A DNA stretch of 64,000 bases, taken from Diplonema japonicum (lineage: Eukaryota; Protista; Euglenozoa: Diplonemea). The notes beneath the pieces were generated by a model, which did not search any database, had not been told where the DNA came from, and was given only the letters and a program-made list of their open reading frames with translations. The stretch covers positions 1 to 64,000 of the forward strand of contig OZ025745.1 of assembly GCA_964019335.1 (NCBI GenBank), read 5' to 3'. Made by a program: the position numbers and the translations under genes. Positions 10,621-22,100 of the stretch are shown in pieces; positions within the stretch are counted from its first letter, which is position 1, and each line of letters opens with the position of its first letter.

Positions 10621-13600
10621 ATGAAATTTGAACGTCTCACCGAACAGGGTATCGAACCCCACCCCGGACCAGAGCCAGAACACGAGAAATTCACCATTTT
10701 CACACACAACGGCTCATCACTTAACAACAGGCTGAGCGAGTACACCACCGTCCTCACGGACGCATTCTGCATCCAGGAGACAGCCCTCACGGCTCAGACG
10801 CAGCTGGAAATCGAACACGTGCTGAGAGACGATGACTGGGGCAAACGATACGCCAGATTCTGGAGCAAGCCACAGCCAGGCAGAGAGACCAGTGGTGTCA
10901 CATCTCTGACGATAGCGAAACGGGGTGGTCTAGGAACCCTGGTGAAGAAACCACGTACGGCGGTGCGCTGTGAAACGAATGGGCCGCACAAGGACAGGTG
11001 GTCACACGTGAAGATCTCACTCGATGGAAGCAAACGGTGGCTTCACCTGATCAACGTCTACTGCCACTCGGGCCAGGACCAAGCCAAGACGAAATACCGT
11101 GAAGAGCTTCTCCACTACATCCTTTGCCGTCTTAAGTTCGAACTGGGAGACGTGCCTGTGGCCGTGGTGGGCGATTTCAACACGGACGAAGTACGATCCC
11201 CCACGTTAAGGCAAGCTATACAGACAGACTGGGTAGACGCCGCTGCGTTCTGTGCAAGAAGGGATGGTGTACAGGCGGAGGACACGTTCGTTAGGACCAA
11301 CTGCAGCACGAGGATTGACAGGGTCCTGCTGAATAACATCGCGGCCCAAGGTCTCGAACATTGCGGAGTAAACGATATGATCACCGGGTCGGACCACCGA
11401 TGCTTGTCGGTGACACTCAACATCCCAGCTTTTCGTCAACAAGTCCTGAGGTACACCATCCCACAGGAGATACCGAAGACCAAGAAGGCGCCTGGCGAGG
11501 TGGCGAAGGCACTGATGCAGAAGTCGAGGTACCGGGAGTTCATAGCAGCACAGGAGCCCACCGAAGCTTTCTCGGAGATATCAGACCTCGCAGAGGAGTA
11601 CCTATTACATGGGTACAAGGGGACGACGCGCAGCGTGTACACCGGGAGAGGCAAAGTACGGGAACCTACGAAATCGGAGCTAAGTGCGAGGTCGGCGGAG
11701 TCGGCGGTCGGAGCGGCATCGAACAGACAACAAAGACTGGAAAAGCTGAAGCACAAGATCCGCAGTGCGAAACAGCAAATGCTAAGGCTTTATGAAAACG
11801 GACACTGCGGCCCGCTGCCGGTAGAGTTACGGAACGTCCTCAGAAATATTGCGACTCTAGGAGAAGAACTGAAGGTTGACAACTGCCAGGTGGACGCGAC
11901 AGGGGGTATCGACAGCATCAGGGAGGAGCTGGACATAGCAGAGGACTTCGCTCAGGGAATGCTATCAGAGCTACTCCAATACCGCAAGAGAATGCAGACG
12001 AAGGCCTACGAACGCTCAGTCCGTGCTGACTTTGGGGAAGAACGCAAGCACATCACAGCCTGGGTCAGAGACCGCCCAAACCAGAGAACGGACGTGGTTG
12101 AGGCAGCAGACGGAGGGGTGACGGCGAACCTACAGGAAATGGACAAGGTGATGCGGAACGCGTGGTCGGGCGTCTTCTGTGCGCGAACACCCGAGGAAGA
12201 GCCACAGTATGAGCGGTTTGCACAACGTTACGGGGACCTGATCAAGAAAGCCCCAATGGCACGGACTCCCATCACAGCAGAACAGCTGAGGGAAGTAATC
12301 AGGAAGAAGCCGGAGAAAGGAGCATGTGGCGTGGACGGTTGGCGGATGAGTGAACTGAAGCGTCTCCCAACGAGCATCCTGAAGGCTTTCGCAGACCTCT
12401 TCAACCTGATCGAGGAAACAGGCCAGTGGCCGAGACAGATCACGACAGCCCTGGTGTCCCTGATTCCGAAGGGTGAGGGGTCAGCACCACTGAATCATCG
12501 TCCCATCACAGTGACCAGCACCATCTACCGCTTGTGGGCGTGTACGAGGCTGAAGGGTGTCCTTGACTGGCAAGAACGCTGGATCACGCCGAGACAGCAC
12601 GGGTTTCGACCCAAACACAGTACGACAACTGCCCTCATGGAGTTATGTACCAAGCTGGAACTTGCTCTGGTGGAAGGAGAACCGCTGGAAGGACTAGCCC
12701 TAGACTTTCGGAAATGCTTCGATCTAGTGCCACAATGGCTGTCTCTCGACCTCATGGACGCCCCGGGGATGGACCAATCCATAGGGAGAGCACTCCAAGG
12801 GATGTACACCCAAATCACAAGGAGGTTCAAGTACCCCATAGGAGTGGGAGATACGTTTGAGACAACGAACGGAATTCTCCAAGGATGCCCCCTGTCAGTC
12901 ATCGTCGTCAACGCCCTGTTGTCCATCATGGTGCGGGCAGTCGAGCAAGTCGCGCCAGACGCCGAAGTGCTAGCCTACGCTGACGACGCATACCTGCTGG
13001 CAAAGCTGCGTGGCTCACTACAAGCTGCGGTCAATGGGACATTGGAGTTCTGCGACCTGACGGGGATGGAAATCAACAAGGAGAAGACTGTTGGTTTCGG
13101 CACTGCTGAAGATTTCAAGTCGAAAGTCATAGGAAACCGAACGGAGATGAGGAAAGGCTTGGAGGTCGCGGTACCCTACAAGACGGTGACAGACCTCTGC
13201 GGACTGGGGGTGAAGATCAACACACGCAGGACAGGAACGACGTGGAATAAACCGACCACGGGGGCGCTTGGCTCGCTGGACCGACTGGGGGGCACAAGGA
13301 TTGCTTTCGAAACCAAAGCACACTTGGTCAGCACGACGGTCCTGCCATCTTGCCTATACAGTGGGCCGTTCTCCCCTCCATGTGATGAGGCACTCAGGAA
13401 GCTAACGACGAAGATCACTTGTAACCTGTGGGGCCCTCATCACCGTGGACGGTCGCCCACCGCGGTAAACACAGTCCTGCTGAAGGGGCACACCAATGAC
13501 CCCCTTTCCTACGTAATGTACCACTCCCTGAAGGTAGTATCCGGAGCACTCGATGACAGTCGGCTACGGCAGAGATGCATACAGATCGCTGCGAGGTATG

Positions 13601-14814
13601 ACGCGGGTTCCATCCCGATGGGGCCGGTTGGCAACCTGGTCTGCCGGTGGCTTCCCCGAATAGGATGGAGTTGGGCGCAGCTACTAGGTTGCAACACATC
13701 TTGGACCGAACGCGGACACATCTTTAGAGAGGTGGTGAGGAAGGCCCGAAGTAGGACGCTGGCGGTCGAGAGGAGCACGATAAGCGGGATAGAGCCGGGG
13801 GCGGACCCCAAGACGAACCGACTATGGAGGACGGCCAAGGACCCGCTCATGTCCTACAGCCTGAGACGAGTGATCGCAGGAGGGGTTCCCTACCTAAACC
13901 CGCACGCAAATGCGAACCGAAAGAGCGTCCCACTGGCGCCTGAAGGTGACGACAACGGTGACGACGAGGAGAACATGGGCCAGGCACCAACGACGGAGGT
14001 ATCGCACACGCAAGGATTCAGATGCGACCTGTGCAAGTCACCACACCCGGACACGGTGACCTTACTCCGCCATCAGCTGTATGAGTGCGCCTGTGCACAA
14101 GAGGAACTGGCACTAGACGGAATGGAGCCGTTGCGCAACAGATCAGGATGGCCCCTATGTCTGGAGCTGCACGCGATACTGCCGAGGGGGCATGTCTTCG
14201 CACACCTGGAGAAGCTGCAGCGATACATGGCTGTGGTGGTCGGGAAACGGGATGTGGAGCTCATGCAAATAGACAACGCCAGCACACAGCCGCTGCCGTG
14301 GGTACGCGATGTGGAGGGAAGGAGATGCCTCGTGCCGACGGCGGGGGAGCTCGAAGGAGTGGGAGGAATCGTCGCAGAATTCTTGAACCCGCTGCTGCAG
14401 TGGTTGTCACAGCTACGACGGGTGAAGGAGGACACCAGCTCTGAAGTGTCAGCGGTGGAATTGGCCATCGACTTCGAATGGACGACAGGCAAGTTACTGG
14501 GAGGTCTGCTGGAAGATAGGGCTCGCAAGATCAAAGCACTGATAAGAAAGCTGAACGCGGCATGCAGAGCACGGAAGAAGCCACGCCCCTTCCCGGCGGA
14601 TGAACAGAAGAGAGTGAAGTCCCTCATCGCAATAGGTGGGAAAACGACTATGGGTTTCGCCAGGAGGCCCATCTTCGCCACCCACTCCACGCACGACAAG
14701 CTGATGGAACTGAAAGCCGCTTACAAGCGAGACCGCATCACGCGACTCCGCAAGACGCTCAAGGCCTCGATTGGAACGAAAGCAATGCTCCAGAAGGGGA
14801 GTATAAATAGATAG
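10621..14814 (+). CDS. LINE ORF2: 2A-like peptide, AP endonuclease, reverse transcriptase, CCHC knuckle, C-terminal domain
   Basis: Intact 1397-aa ORF carrying the motifs listed above; no RNase H domain recognised. Confidence 0.92.
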   Translation: MKFERLTEQGIEPHPGPEPEHEKFTIFTHNGSSLNNRLSEYTTVLTDAFCIQETALTAQTQLEIEHVLRDDDWGKRYARFWSKPQPGRETSGVTSLTIAKRGGLGTLVKKPRTAVRCETNGPHKDRWSHVKISLDGSKRWLHLINVYCHSGQDQAKTKYREELLHYILCRLKFELGDVPVAVVGDFNTDEVRSPTLRQAIQTDWVDAAAFCARRDGVQAEDTFVRTNCSTRIDRVLLNNIAAQGLEHCGVNDMITGSDHRCLSVTLNIPAFRQQVLRYTIPQEIPKTKKAPGEVAKALMQKSRYREFIAAQEPTEAFSEISDLAEEYLLHGYKGTTRSVYTGRGKVREPTKSELSARSAESAVGAASNRQQRLEKLKHKIRSAKQQMLRLYENGHCGPLPVELRNVLRNIATLGEELKVDNCQVDATGGIDSIREELDIAEDFAQGMLSELLQYRKRMQTKAYERSVRADFGEERKHITAWVRDRPNQRTDVVEAADGGVTANLQEMDKVMRNAWSGVFCARTPEEEPQYERFAQRYGDLIKKAPMARTPITAEQLREVIRKKPEKGACGVDGWRMSELKRLPTSILKAFADLFNLIEETGQWPRQITTALVSLIPKGEGSAPLNHRPITVTSTIYRLWACTRLKGVLDWQERWITPRQHGFRPKHSTTTALMELCTKLELALVEGEPLEGLALDFRKCFDLVPQWLSLDLMDAPGMDQSIGRALQGMYTQITRRFKYPIGVGDTFETTNGILQGCPLSVIVVNALLSIMVRAVEQVAPDAEVLAYADDAYLLAKLRGSLQAAVNGTLEFCDLTGMEINKEKTVGFGTAEDFKSKVIGNRTEMRKGLEVAVPYKTVTDLCGLGVKINTRRTGTTWNKPTTGALGSLDRLGGTRIAFETKAHLVSTTVLPSCLYSGPFSPPCDEALRKLTTKITCNLWGPHHRGRSPTAVNTVLLKGHTNDPLSYVMYHSLKVVSGALDDSRLRQRCIQIAARYDAGSIPMGPVGNLVCRWLPRIGWSWAQLLGCNTSWTERGHIFREVVRKARSRTLAVERSTISGIEPGADPKTNRLWRTAKDPLMSYSLRRVIAGGVPYLNPHANANRKSVPLAPEGDDNGDDEENMGQAPTTEVSHTQGFRCDLCKSPHPDTVTLLRHQLYECACAQEELALDGMEPLRNRSGWPLCLELHAILPRGHVFAHLEKLQRYMAVVVGKRDVELMQIDNASTQPLPWVRDVEGRRCLVPTAGELEGVGGIVAEFLNPLLQWLSQLRRVKEDTSSEVSAVELAIDFEWTTGKLLGGLLEDRARKIKALIRKLNAACRARKKPRPFPADEQKRVKSLIAIGGKTTMGFARRPIFATHSTHDKLMELKAAYKRDRITRLRKTLKASIGTKAMLQKGSINR

Positions 14815-14934
14815 CCCCCCCAACCCACCCAAGGGCGGCCCTCCATGAGGGGGTTTGTCCTGCACTTTGAGTTTTTTTTTATTTTTTTTTTTTTTTTTCC
14901 CGAATACGAATCAAAAAAAAAAAAGGAAAAAAAA

Positions 14935-15303
14935 ATGACTGAAAAAGAGAAGACATGGTACGACCAGTTCAAAATGGAGCGGTGCACGAATGCTGACGAG
15001 AGTGCCTGGCGTGTTGATTCAGGTCCCATCTACAACATCCCCAGCAGGTGTAAAGGGTTTTTCGGGAGGTTTGCGGGGATGTACTTTGACACCCTGCCGG
15101 CAGAGCGGGAGGCTCAGCGGTTGGAAGGCGAAGAACGAGACTGGGGCTACGGGGGCATCCATGAAGGCGCCGCCCCCTGGTCAGACCGCCCCCTTCCACC
15201 CGCACCCCCCACCACGGAGGACGACATCATCCCCACACGGGTGGAGTTCGTCACCCTGAGCGGGGCGGTCATCAGCAAGCCGTTGAAACCTTTAAATGAA
15301 TGA
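14935..15303 (+). CDS. Hypothetical protein (122 aa)
   Basis: ATG after an A-rich leader and a T-tract; coding-like composition. Confidence 0.6.
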   Translation: MTEKEKTWYDQFKMERCTNADESAWRVDSGPIYNIPSRCKGFFGRFAGMYFDTLPAEREAQRLEGEERDWGYGGIHEGAAPWSDRPLPPAPPTTEDDIIPTRVEFVTLSGAVISKPLKPLNE

Positions 15304-15373
15304 ACATGGAAATACAAAAGGTTTTCTTTTGTAAAAAAAAAAAAAGTGACTCTTTCCCCCTCTTTTTTTTTTT

Positions 15374-15411
15374 CTAGGCGATCCTGTCACATACTGCAGG
15401 TTCCTTTCAAA
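15374..15411 (+). mobile_element. Family-C 3' stub CTAGGCGATCCTGTCACATACTGCAGGTTCC(T/C)TTCAAA
   Basis: Near-identical to 26470-26507. Its 3' part equals the end of the LINE fragment at 47221-47246. Confidence 0.7.
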
Positions 15412-15534
15412 ATTATTTTTTTTCCTTTTTTTTTTTCGTCTGTTTCTTTGCTGAGAATCAAACTGGGATGAGGGGTATATGTGTTTATTTGTTGATCAGT
15501 TTCTATGTGCAATTTTTCTTCTTTTTTTTTGGGG

Positions 15535-15562
15535 GGGGGATCTCGCAGAAGTACAGCAGAAA
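15535..15562 (+). mobile_element. 28-nt piece of a family-B LINE
   Basis: GGGGGATCTCGCAGAAGTACAGCAGAAA equals 58776-58803. Confidence 0.75.
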
Positions 15563-15565
15563 TTG

Positions 15566-16385
15566 CACCCGGACACGGTGACCTTACTCCGCCATCAGCT
15601 GTATGAGTGCGCCTGTGCACAAGAGGAACTGGCACTAGACGGAATGGCGCAACAGATCAGGATGGCCCCTATGTCTGGAGCTGCACGCGATACTGCCGAG
15701 GGGGCATGTCTTCGCACACCTGGAGAAGCTGCAGCGATACATGGCTGTGGTGGTCGGGAAACGGGATGTGGAGCTCATGCAAGTAGACAACGCCAGCACA
15801 CAGCCGCTGCCGTGGGTACGCGATGTGGAGGGAAGGAGATGCCTCGTGCCGACGGCGGGGGAGCTCGAAGGAGTGGGAGGAATCGTCGCAGAATTCTTGA
15901 ACCCGCTGCTGCAGTGGTTGTCACAGCTACGACGGGTGAAGGAGGACACCAGCTCTGAAGTGTCAGCGGTGGAATTGGCCATCGACTTCGAATGGACGAC
16001 AGGCAAGTTACTGGGAGGTCTGCTGGAAGATAGGGCTCGCAAGATCAAAACACTGATAAGAAAACTGAACGCGGCATGCAGGGCACGGAAGAAGCCACGC
16101 CCCTTCCCAGCGGATGAACAGAAAAGAGTGAAGTCCCTCATCGCAATAGGTGGGAAGACGGCTATGGGTTTCGCCAGGAGGCCCATCTTCGCCACCCACT
16201 CCACGCACGACAAGCTGATGGAACTGAAAGCCGCTTACAAGCGAGACCGCATCACACGACTCCGCAAGACGCTCAAGGCCTCGATTGGAACGAAAGCAAT
16301 GCTCCAGAAGGGGAGTATAAATAGATAGCCCCCCCCCAACCCACCCAAGGGCGGCCCTCCATGGGGGTTTGTCCTGCACTTTGAG
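15566..16385 (+). mobile_element. 5'-truncated family-A LINE copy (3' 0.8 kb)
   Basis: Nearly identical to 14044-14871, with an 8-nt deletion near 15647. Confidence 0.92.
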
Positions 16386-16494
16386 TTTATTTTCTAGAGG
16401 TTCTTCTTCTTCATTTGACTCCTGCAGCCTTCGAGACAAAGCACACAGGGAAAATACATTAGAAAAAAAGAATAAAAAACGAACCCAAAAGAAC

Positions 16495-18118
16495 ATGAAT
16501 GGAAAGAGAGAGAGATCAGGTGAACAGGTGAACGATATGACAGTGTTCGTGAAGACGGGAGGCGGGGTTCACGATGTGGAAGTGTCGGGGAAGGAGACGG
16601 TGGGGATCCTGTACAAGAAGGCGGGGTGTGCTGCTGGTTTACTCGAAGGCAAGTTCGAACTGGTTTGGGAGGGAGAGGTCCTGGACAGGAACGGGGGTGA
16701 AGATATCCAGGAACTCGGGCTCGTGGAGGGCAGCGTGGTCCATGTGGAGGCGAAGATGAGAACCGTTCAGCTGGAGGAGCTTGAGAGCTCAGAAGTGGTT
16801 TCAGAGCTTGAGGAGCTTGTGACAGCTGACCCTGAGCTGGTTCTGGTGGTGGAGGTGGGGAACTCGCCAGCTGTCGAAGTCTTGTCCATGGAGACGACGG
16901 TCCTTCCTTCCGGACTTCGGTTCCTCGTTGTCACCGACTCCACAGGCTGTGTTACAAGGATAGACGCTGGGTTTCAGGAAGAGTGCGACCACCTGACGTC
17001 TGTTGATCTCATCCTCCCCAATGTTTCCACCATTGATGAAAATTTTTTATATGAGTGCAAAAATCTAGAAACCATCAACTTGAATGCGATGACCAATCTT
17101 TCTTCTATTGGTGATGGCTTCTTGTTTAGGTGCGAAAAACTAGAAACCATCAACTTGAATGCGATGACCAATCTTTCTTCCATTGGTCATAACTTCTTGT
17201 TTAGGTGCAAAAAACTAGAAACCATCAACTTGAATGCGATGACCAATCTTTCTTCCATTGGTCATAACTTCTTAAAGAGGTGCGTAAAACTAGAAACCAT
17301 CGACTTGAATGCGCTGACCAATCTTTCTTCCATTGGTGATAGCTTCTTGTTTAGGTGCAAAAAACTAGAAACCATCAACTTGAATGCGATGACCAATCTT
17401 TCTTCTATTGGTGATCGCTTCTTGTCTGGGTGCAAAAAACTAGAAACCATCAACTTGAATGCGATGACCAATCTTTCTTCCATTGGTGATGGCTTCTTGT
17501 TTTGGTGCAAAAAACTAAAAACCATCAACTTGAATGCGATGACCAATCTTTCTTCCATTGGTCATAACTTCTTAAGGAGGTGCAAAAAACTAGAAACCAT
17601 CGACTTGAATGCGTTGACCAATCTTTCTTCTATTGGTGATAGCTTCTTGTCTGGGTGCGAAAAACTAGAAACCATACAACTTGAATGCGATGACCAATCT
17701 TTCTTCTATTGGTGATTACTTCTTGTCTGGGTGCGTAAAATTAGAAACCATCGACTTGAATGCGTTGACCAATCTTTCTTCCAGTGGTGATCGCTTCTTG
17801 TTTTGGTGCAAAAAACTAGAAACCATCGACTTGAATGCGATGACCAATCTTTCTTCTATTGGTGATAGCTTCTTGGAAGGGTGCAAAAAACTAGAAACCA
17901 TCAACTTGAATGCGATGACTAATCTTTCTTTTATTGGTGATGGCTTCTTGTCTGGGTGCGAAAAACTAGAAACCATCGACTTGAATGCGATGACCAATCT
18001 TTCTTCCATTGGTGATGGCTTCTTGTCTGGGTGCGTAAAACTAGAAACTGTCGACACAGCAACAGAGAAAGAAGAGAAGGAAAGAAAGACCACTTCAACT
18101 GAACGAACCTTGGGTTAG
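16495..18118 (+). pseudogene. Ubiquitin-like domain + BspA-type (LRR_5-like) 25-aa LRR protein, with a +1 frameshift at about 17676 (pseudogene or sequencing error)
   Basis: Ubl-like MTVFVKTGGG..VEVSGKETVGILY..LVWEGEVL..LGLVEGSVVHV, then CKKLETINLNAMTNLSSIGxxFLxx repeats. ACCATACAAC occurs where the repeat consensus is ACCATCAAC. Confidence 0.75.
17056..18050 (+). repeat. 75-nt tandem repeat, 13 copies plus a partial (LRR units)
   Basis: Direct inspection. Confidence 0.93.
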
Positions 18119-18247
18119 GGGGCGGAGGAGGAAAGGCGGGACCCGCAAGCCCGGGGGGGAGGGGGAGACAAGGAGGGGTAAAGACAGGGGGGGAGGGGGG
18201 GATGAACACTCGGACAGTGAAGACACCCTATTATCCTTGCGCCTTTC

Positions 18248-18732
<485 letters not shown>

Positions 18733-19110
18733 GCGAGGAGATTGCATGGACTGATGAAGAAGATCTGGCACACATGGGAGCTAGGAAGGGTACTGAAGAA
18801 GGTGAAAGGAAGGAGGGCCTTCCCAGCTGAGCCGTGCACAAGGGTGCACACACTACGATCCATCGGGAGGACAAAGGCGGTGATCGGATGGAACAGGAGG
18901 GCGATATTTGCATCACCGAAGACCAAGCATGACCTAGAGGCGTTGAAAGGACAATGGGCAAGAGAACGAAGAGAACGAGCGGCCAGGCTGGGGAGAAGGC
19001 CGGCAAGACCACCAAAGGAGGAGAAACCGCTGCTGAAAGGGATAGGTGCAGGTAGAAGATGAGAACAAGGGGGCGTCTCACAAAAGACTTCCTTTAACTC
19101 ATATATTTTT
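18733..19110 (+). mobile_element. Family-B LINE 3' fragment
   Basis: Nearly identical to 58804-59176. Confidence 0.92.
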
Positions 19111-19193
19111 TCTTAGTTTTCTTTAGACTCTATTTTTGTATCAAAAAGAACTGCCCCCCTCACTAAGCACCATTTCCAGAAAGGCCCCCAACA

Positions 19194-22100
19194 ATGAGCC
19201 GTAACAACAAACGGCGGTCAGAAGAGGCCGAGATGAGGCTGGTGTGCACGAAGTGCCCGCAACCCGAGCAAGGTGTGGAGGACTACGGCTTTGCGGCAGA
19301 TATAACAGGATCTCTTTGCAGTTTGCAAGATTTAGATATGGTGCTGCATGAGATCGACAAGGACCCGAGGGCTCACTCAGTGCAAGGCGTGGAGGCGGCA
19401 GCGGAGGAGGTCCGCGAAGCGATCGACCTAGAGATCAAAAGAACACTGAACGAAGTAACGCGAGACCTCCAGGCCAAGGAGGAAGAACTACTCAACGAAG
19501 TGACACGGTGGGAGGCAGAACAGGTCAACCCACGAAAGCCCCGCCTTGACAACAAGAAACGGGCAGAGTGGGACCTCTTCATGCAAGATGTAGAATGTGA
19601 GCTACAAGTCAACCCCCTCTCCGACAGCCAGCTATACTCCATTGCAGGGGCCCTGCGGCCTATGTGGGAAGCCAACCCGCAACGTGACGAGCAGCTAGCC
19701 GTTATACCAGAAGAAGTAAAGCTTTACGAGTGGCTTGCGAACGCATACCACGACAAGCCTGGCTCCGTTATAGACGAACTGGTTCAGAACATGGTCGCAC
19801 CCACCGCCGTCACCACTGCGGTCAAACTGCACCTCATCTCCATCGCAACAAGCAATGTTTGGAACACAGCACGGCATCACTACCAGAACACCTCACGTAC
19901 AGAATTGCTCATAATGTACCTGTACACCATGACAGGGAGCGACATCGACAAGCTCATGGCGTTTGAGGATGTTCCTGAATGCAACACGGAAGGATGGGAC
20001 GCTTATGTGGAGCGCAACAAGCCTATATCTATGTCCATCAACTGGGCGATGCGGACAGCATCCTTTGAGGACGACACGGAAGAGCAGACCGCTATGTTGC
20101 GAAAGTGGGTGAAGTTCATCGCTGTTCTGATGCGTGTTTCATCTAAGGCGTGCAAGCCCACGGAGCTCTTCAGGGGCCTCGCCGACCTGCCCGACAACGT
20201 CGTCTCCGACTACGAGAAGCTGAACAAGGGTGATGTCTTCCGCTGGCTTTCGCCCTCCAGCTGCACATTCGACTCCAACACCAGCAAGCAGCACGTCCTT
20301 ATGACGCAAGACTCGTACAAGGGGTGCGGCATCCTCTTCAACGTAGCAAGGGTGAGGCAGGGCGTCACACTTCGACACGTCTCGAAGTACCAACGTGATC
20401 ACGAGTTCCTCCTCCCACCGTTGTCGGAGTTCACTGTCGACACCGTTCAAGACAACCACCCGCAGCACCTCACAGTGGCGTGCTACCACCGCGGCGGGGC
20501 CGTGGAACGAGGCTCCGTGTTTCTGAAGAACATCAAAACAATGTGCTTGGAGGACGCCAGCAGACTGTCAATCCTGGCCGATATCGAACCTGTAAAAACA
20601 GGGTTGAAAAGGTTCCTTTCAAAAACGCAGATAGAAGTGAAGCACACTGAGATGCAGCAGTTAGCGGGGCTAACAGAACACCCAGGGACATTGGTGATCG
20701 ACTTCACGGGGGCAAGCACAGTCGATGTGGACAGAGAATATGTTAAAATTGTGAAGGGCTTCGAACGCGTCAAACTACTGGGCGTGAAGGGGTACGTTGC
20801 AGACGGCTTCCTAGCTGACGGGGATGACGGGTCACAGATGGAATCACTGAGCGTCATGTTAGCCGGTTCTCTCCGAATAGGGGACAGCTTCCTTAAGGGA
20901 TGCAAGAGGCTTCTCGCTGTCGCCTTTTCAGGGCCTGGCACCGTCTATAGCGTGGGGCGTGATTTCCTATCACAGTGCACGGGTCTCGAAGATGCGGATT
21001 TGGGTACATTCACAGACGTGACGGTTGTTAATGCCTCGTTCCTGTCGGGCTGTGTGTCGCTGATGAGCGTCGACTTGTCGCCCTTCAAGAAGGTCACCAC
21101 CATCGACAGGAATTTCCTTTCAAGGTGCGGAAAGCTGCGGGGCATAAACTTGGGGCCTCTGTCCGAGGTGACGGCTGTCGGAAGGAGTTTCATGTCATGG
21201 TGCAGCTCCCTTGAGTCCATTGACTTGACCGCCTTCGCAAACGTCGTGGTTGTCAACGAGTTCTTCTTGTTCAGATGCAGTTCCCTCCGCACTATCAATG
21301 TCTCTTGCTTTTCCAGTGTTTCCACTATACACGGAAGCTTCTTGTCGGGGTGCCGATCTCTGAAAGAACTCGACTTCACCCCTTTCGCCAATGCGACTGT
21401 CATTGGGGACTGTTTCTTGGAAGCATGCTGCTCTTTAGAGCACATTGACTTTACCCCTCTATCCAGTGTGGCTGTCATAGGGGACGCCTTCCTGAACGGC
21501 TGTACCTCCCTTCAAGGTGTCGATGTCGGGTTCACCAACGTCACGGTTATCAATAAGAGTTTCATGTCTAACTGCACCTCCTTGCGTGACATGAGCTTTG
21601 CGTCCTTCACTAATGTTACCGCTATAGGTGCGTGTTTTATGGATGGTTGTACCTCTCTCCGTTCGCTTGACTTCGCTCCTCTTACTGGCGTCGCTGCCAT
21701 TGGAGAGCTGTTTTTGGTGGGGTGTACTTCGCTCCAGTCTGCCAGCCTCGCTCCTTTTACTAGCCTCACGACGATTGAAAACGGTTTCTTTTCTAATTGC
21801 CACACCCTTCAGTTCATCGACTTGTCAGCGTTCGGCAGCGTCACCTCGTTGGCCGACTGCTTTTTACAAAACTGCAGCTCCTTGCAGTTCGTTGACTTGG
21901 CGCCTTTGAAGGAGGTAGTTAGCATCGGTGCATACTTTTTATCGGGGTGCACCTCTTTGACAAGCGTCAACCTGGAACCCTTGGCTAAGGTGGCCGCTGT
22001 CCCCAAACTGTTTCTTGAAGGGTGCTGCTCTGTAAAGGAGATAAGGATGGGCAGCATCTCACCAGCGAGCATGACGGCGATCGGGGAGGGCTTCTTGTCG

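Larger units (their letters stand above)
9762..14871 (+). mobile_element. Non-LTR retrotransposon family A, near full length (ORF1-like region + 2A-like + APE + RT + CCHC), flanked by T-tracts
   Basis: APE motifs (CIQET, INVY, VGDFN, TRIDRV, SDH), RT motifs (RPIT, QHGF, LDFRKCFD, GILQGCPLS, YADD) and a C-x2-C-x12-H-x4-C knuckle. The 3' end is shared with the copy at 15566-16385. Confidence 0.9.
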
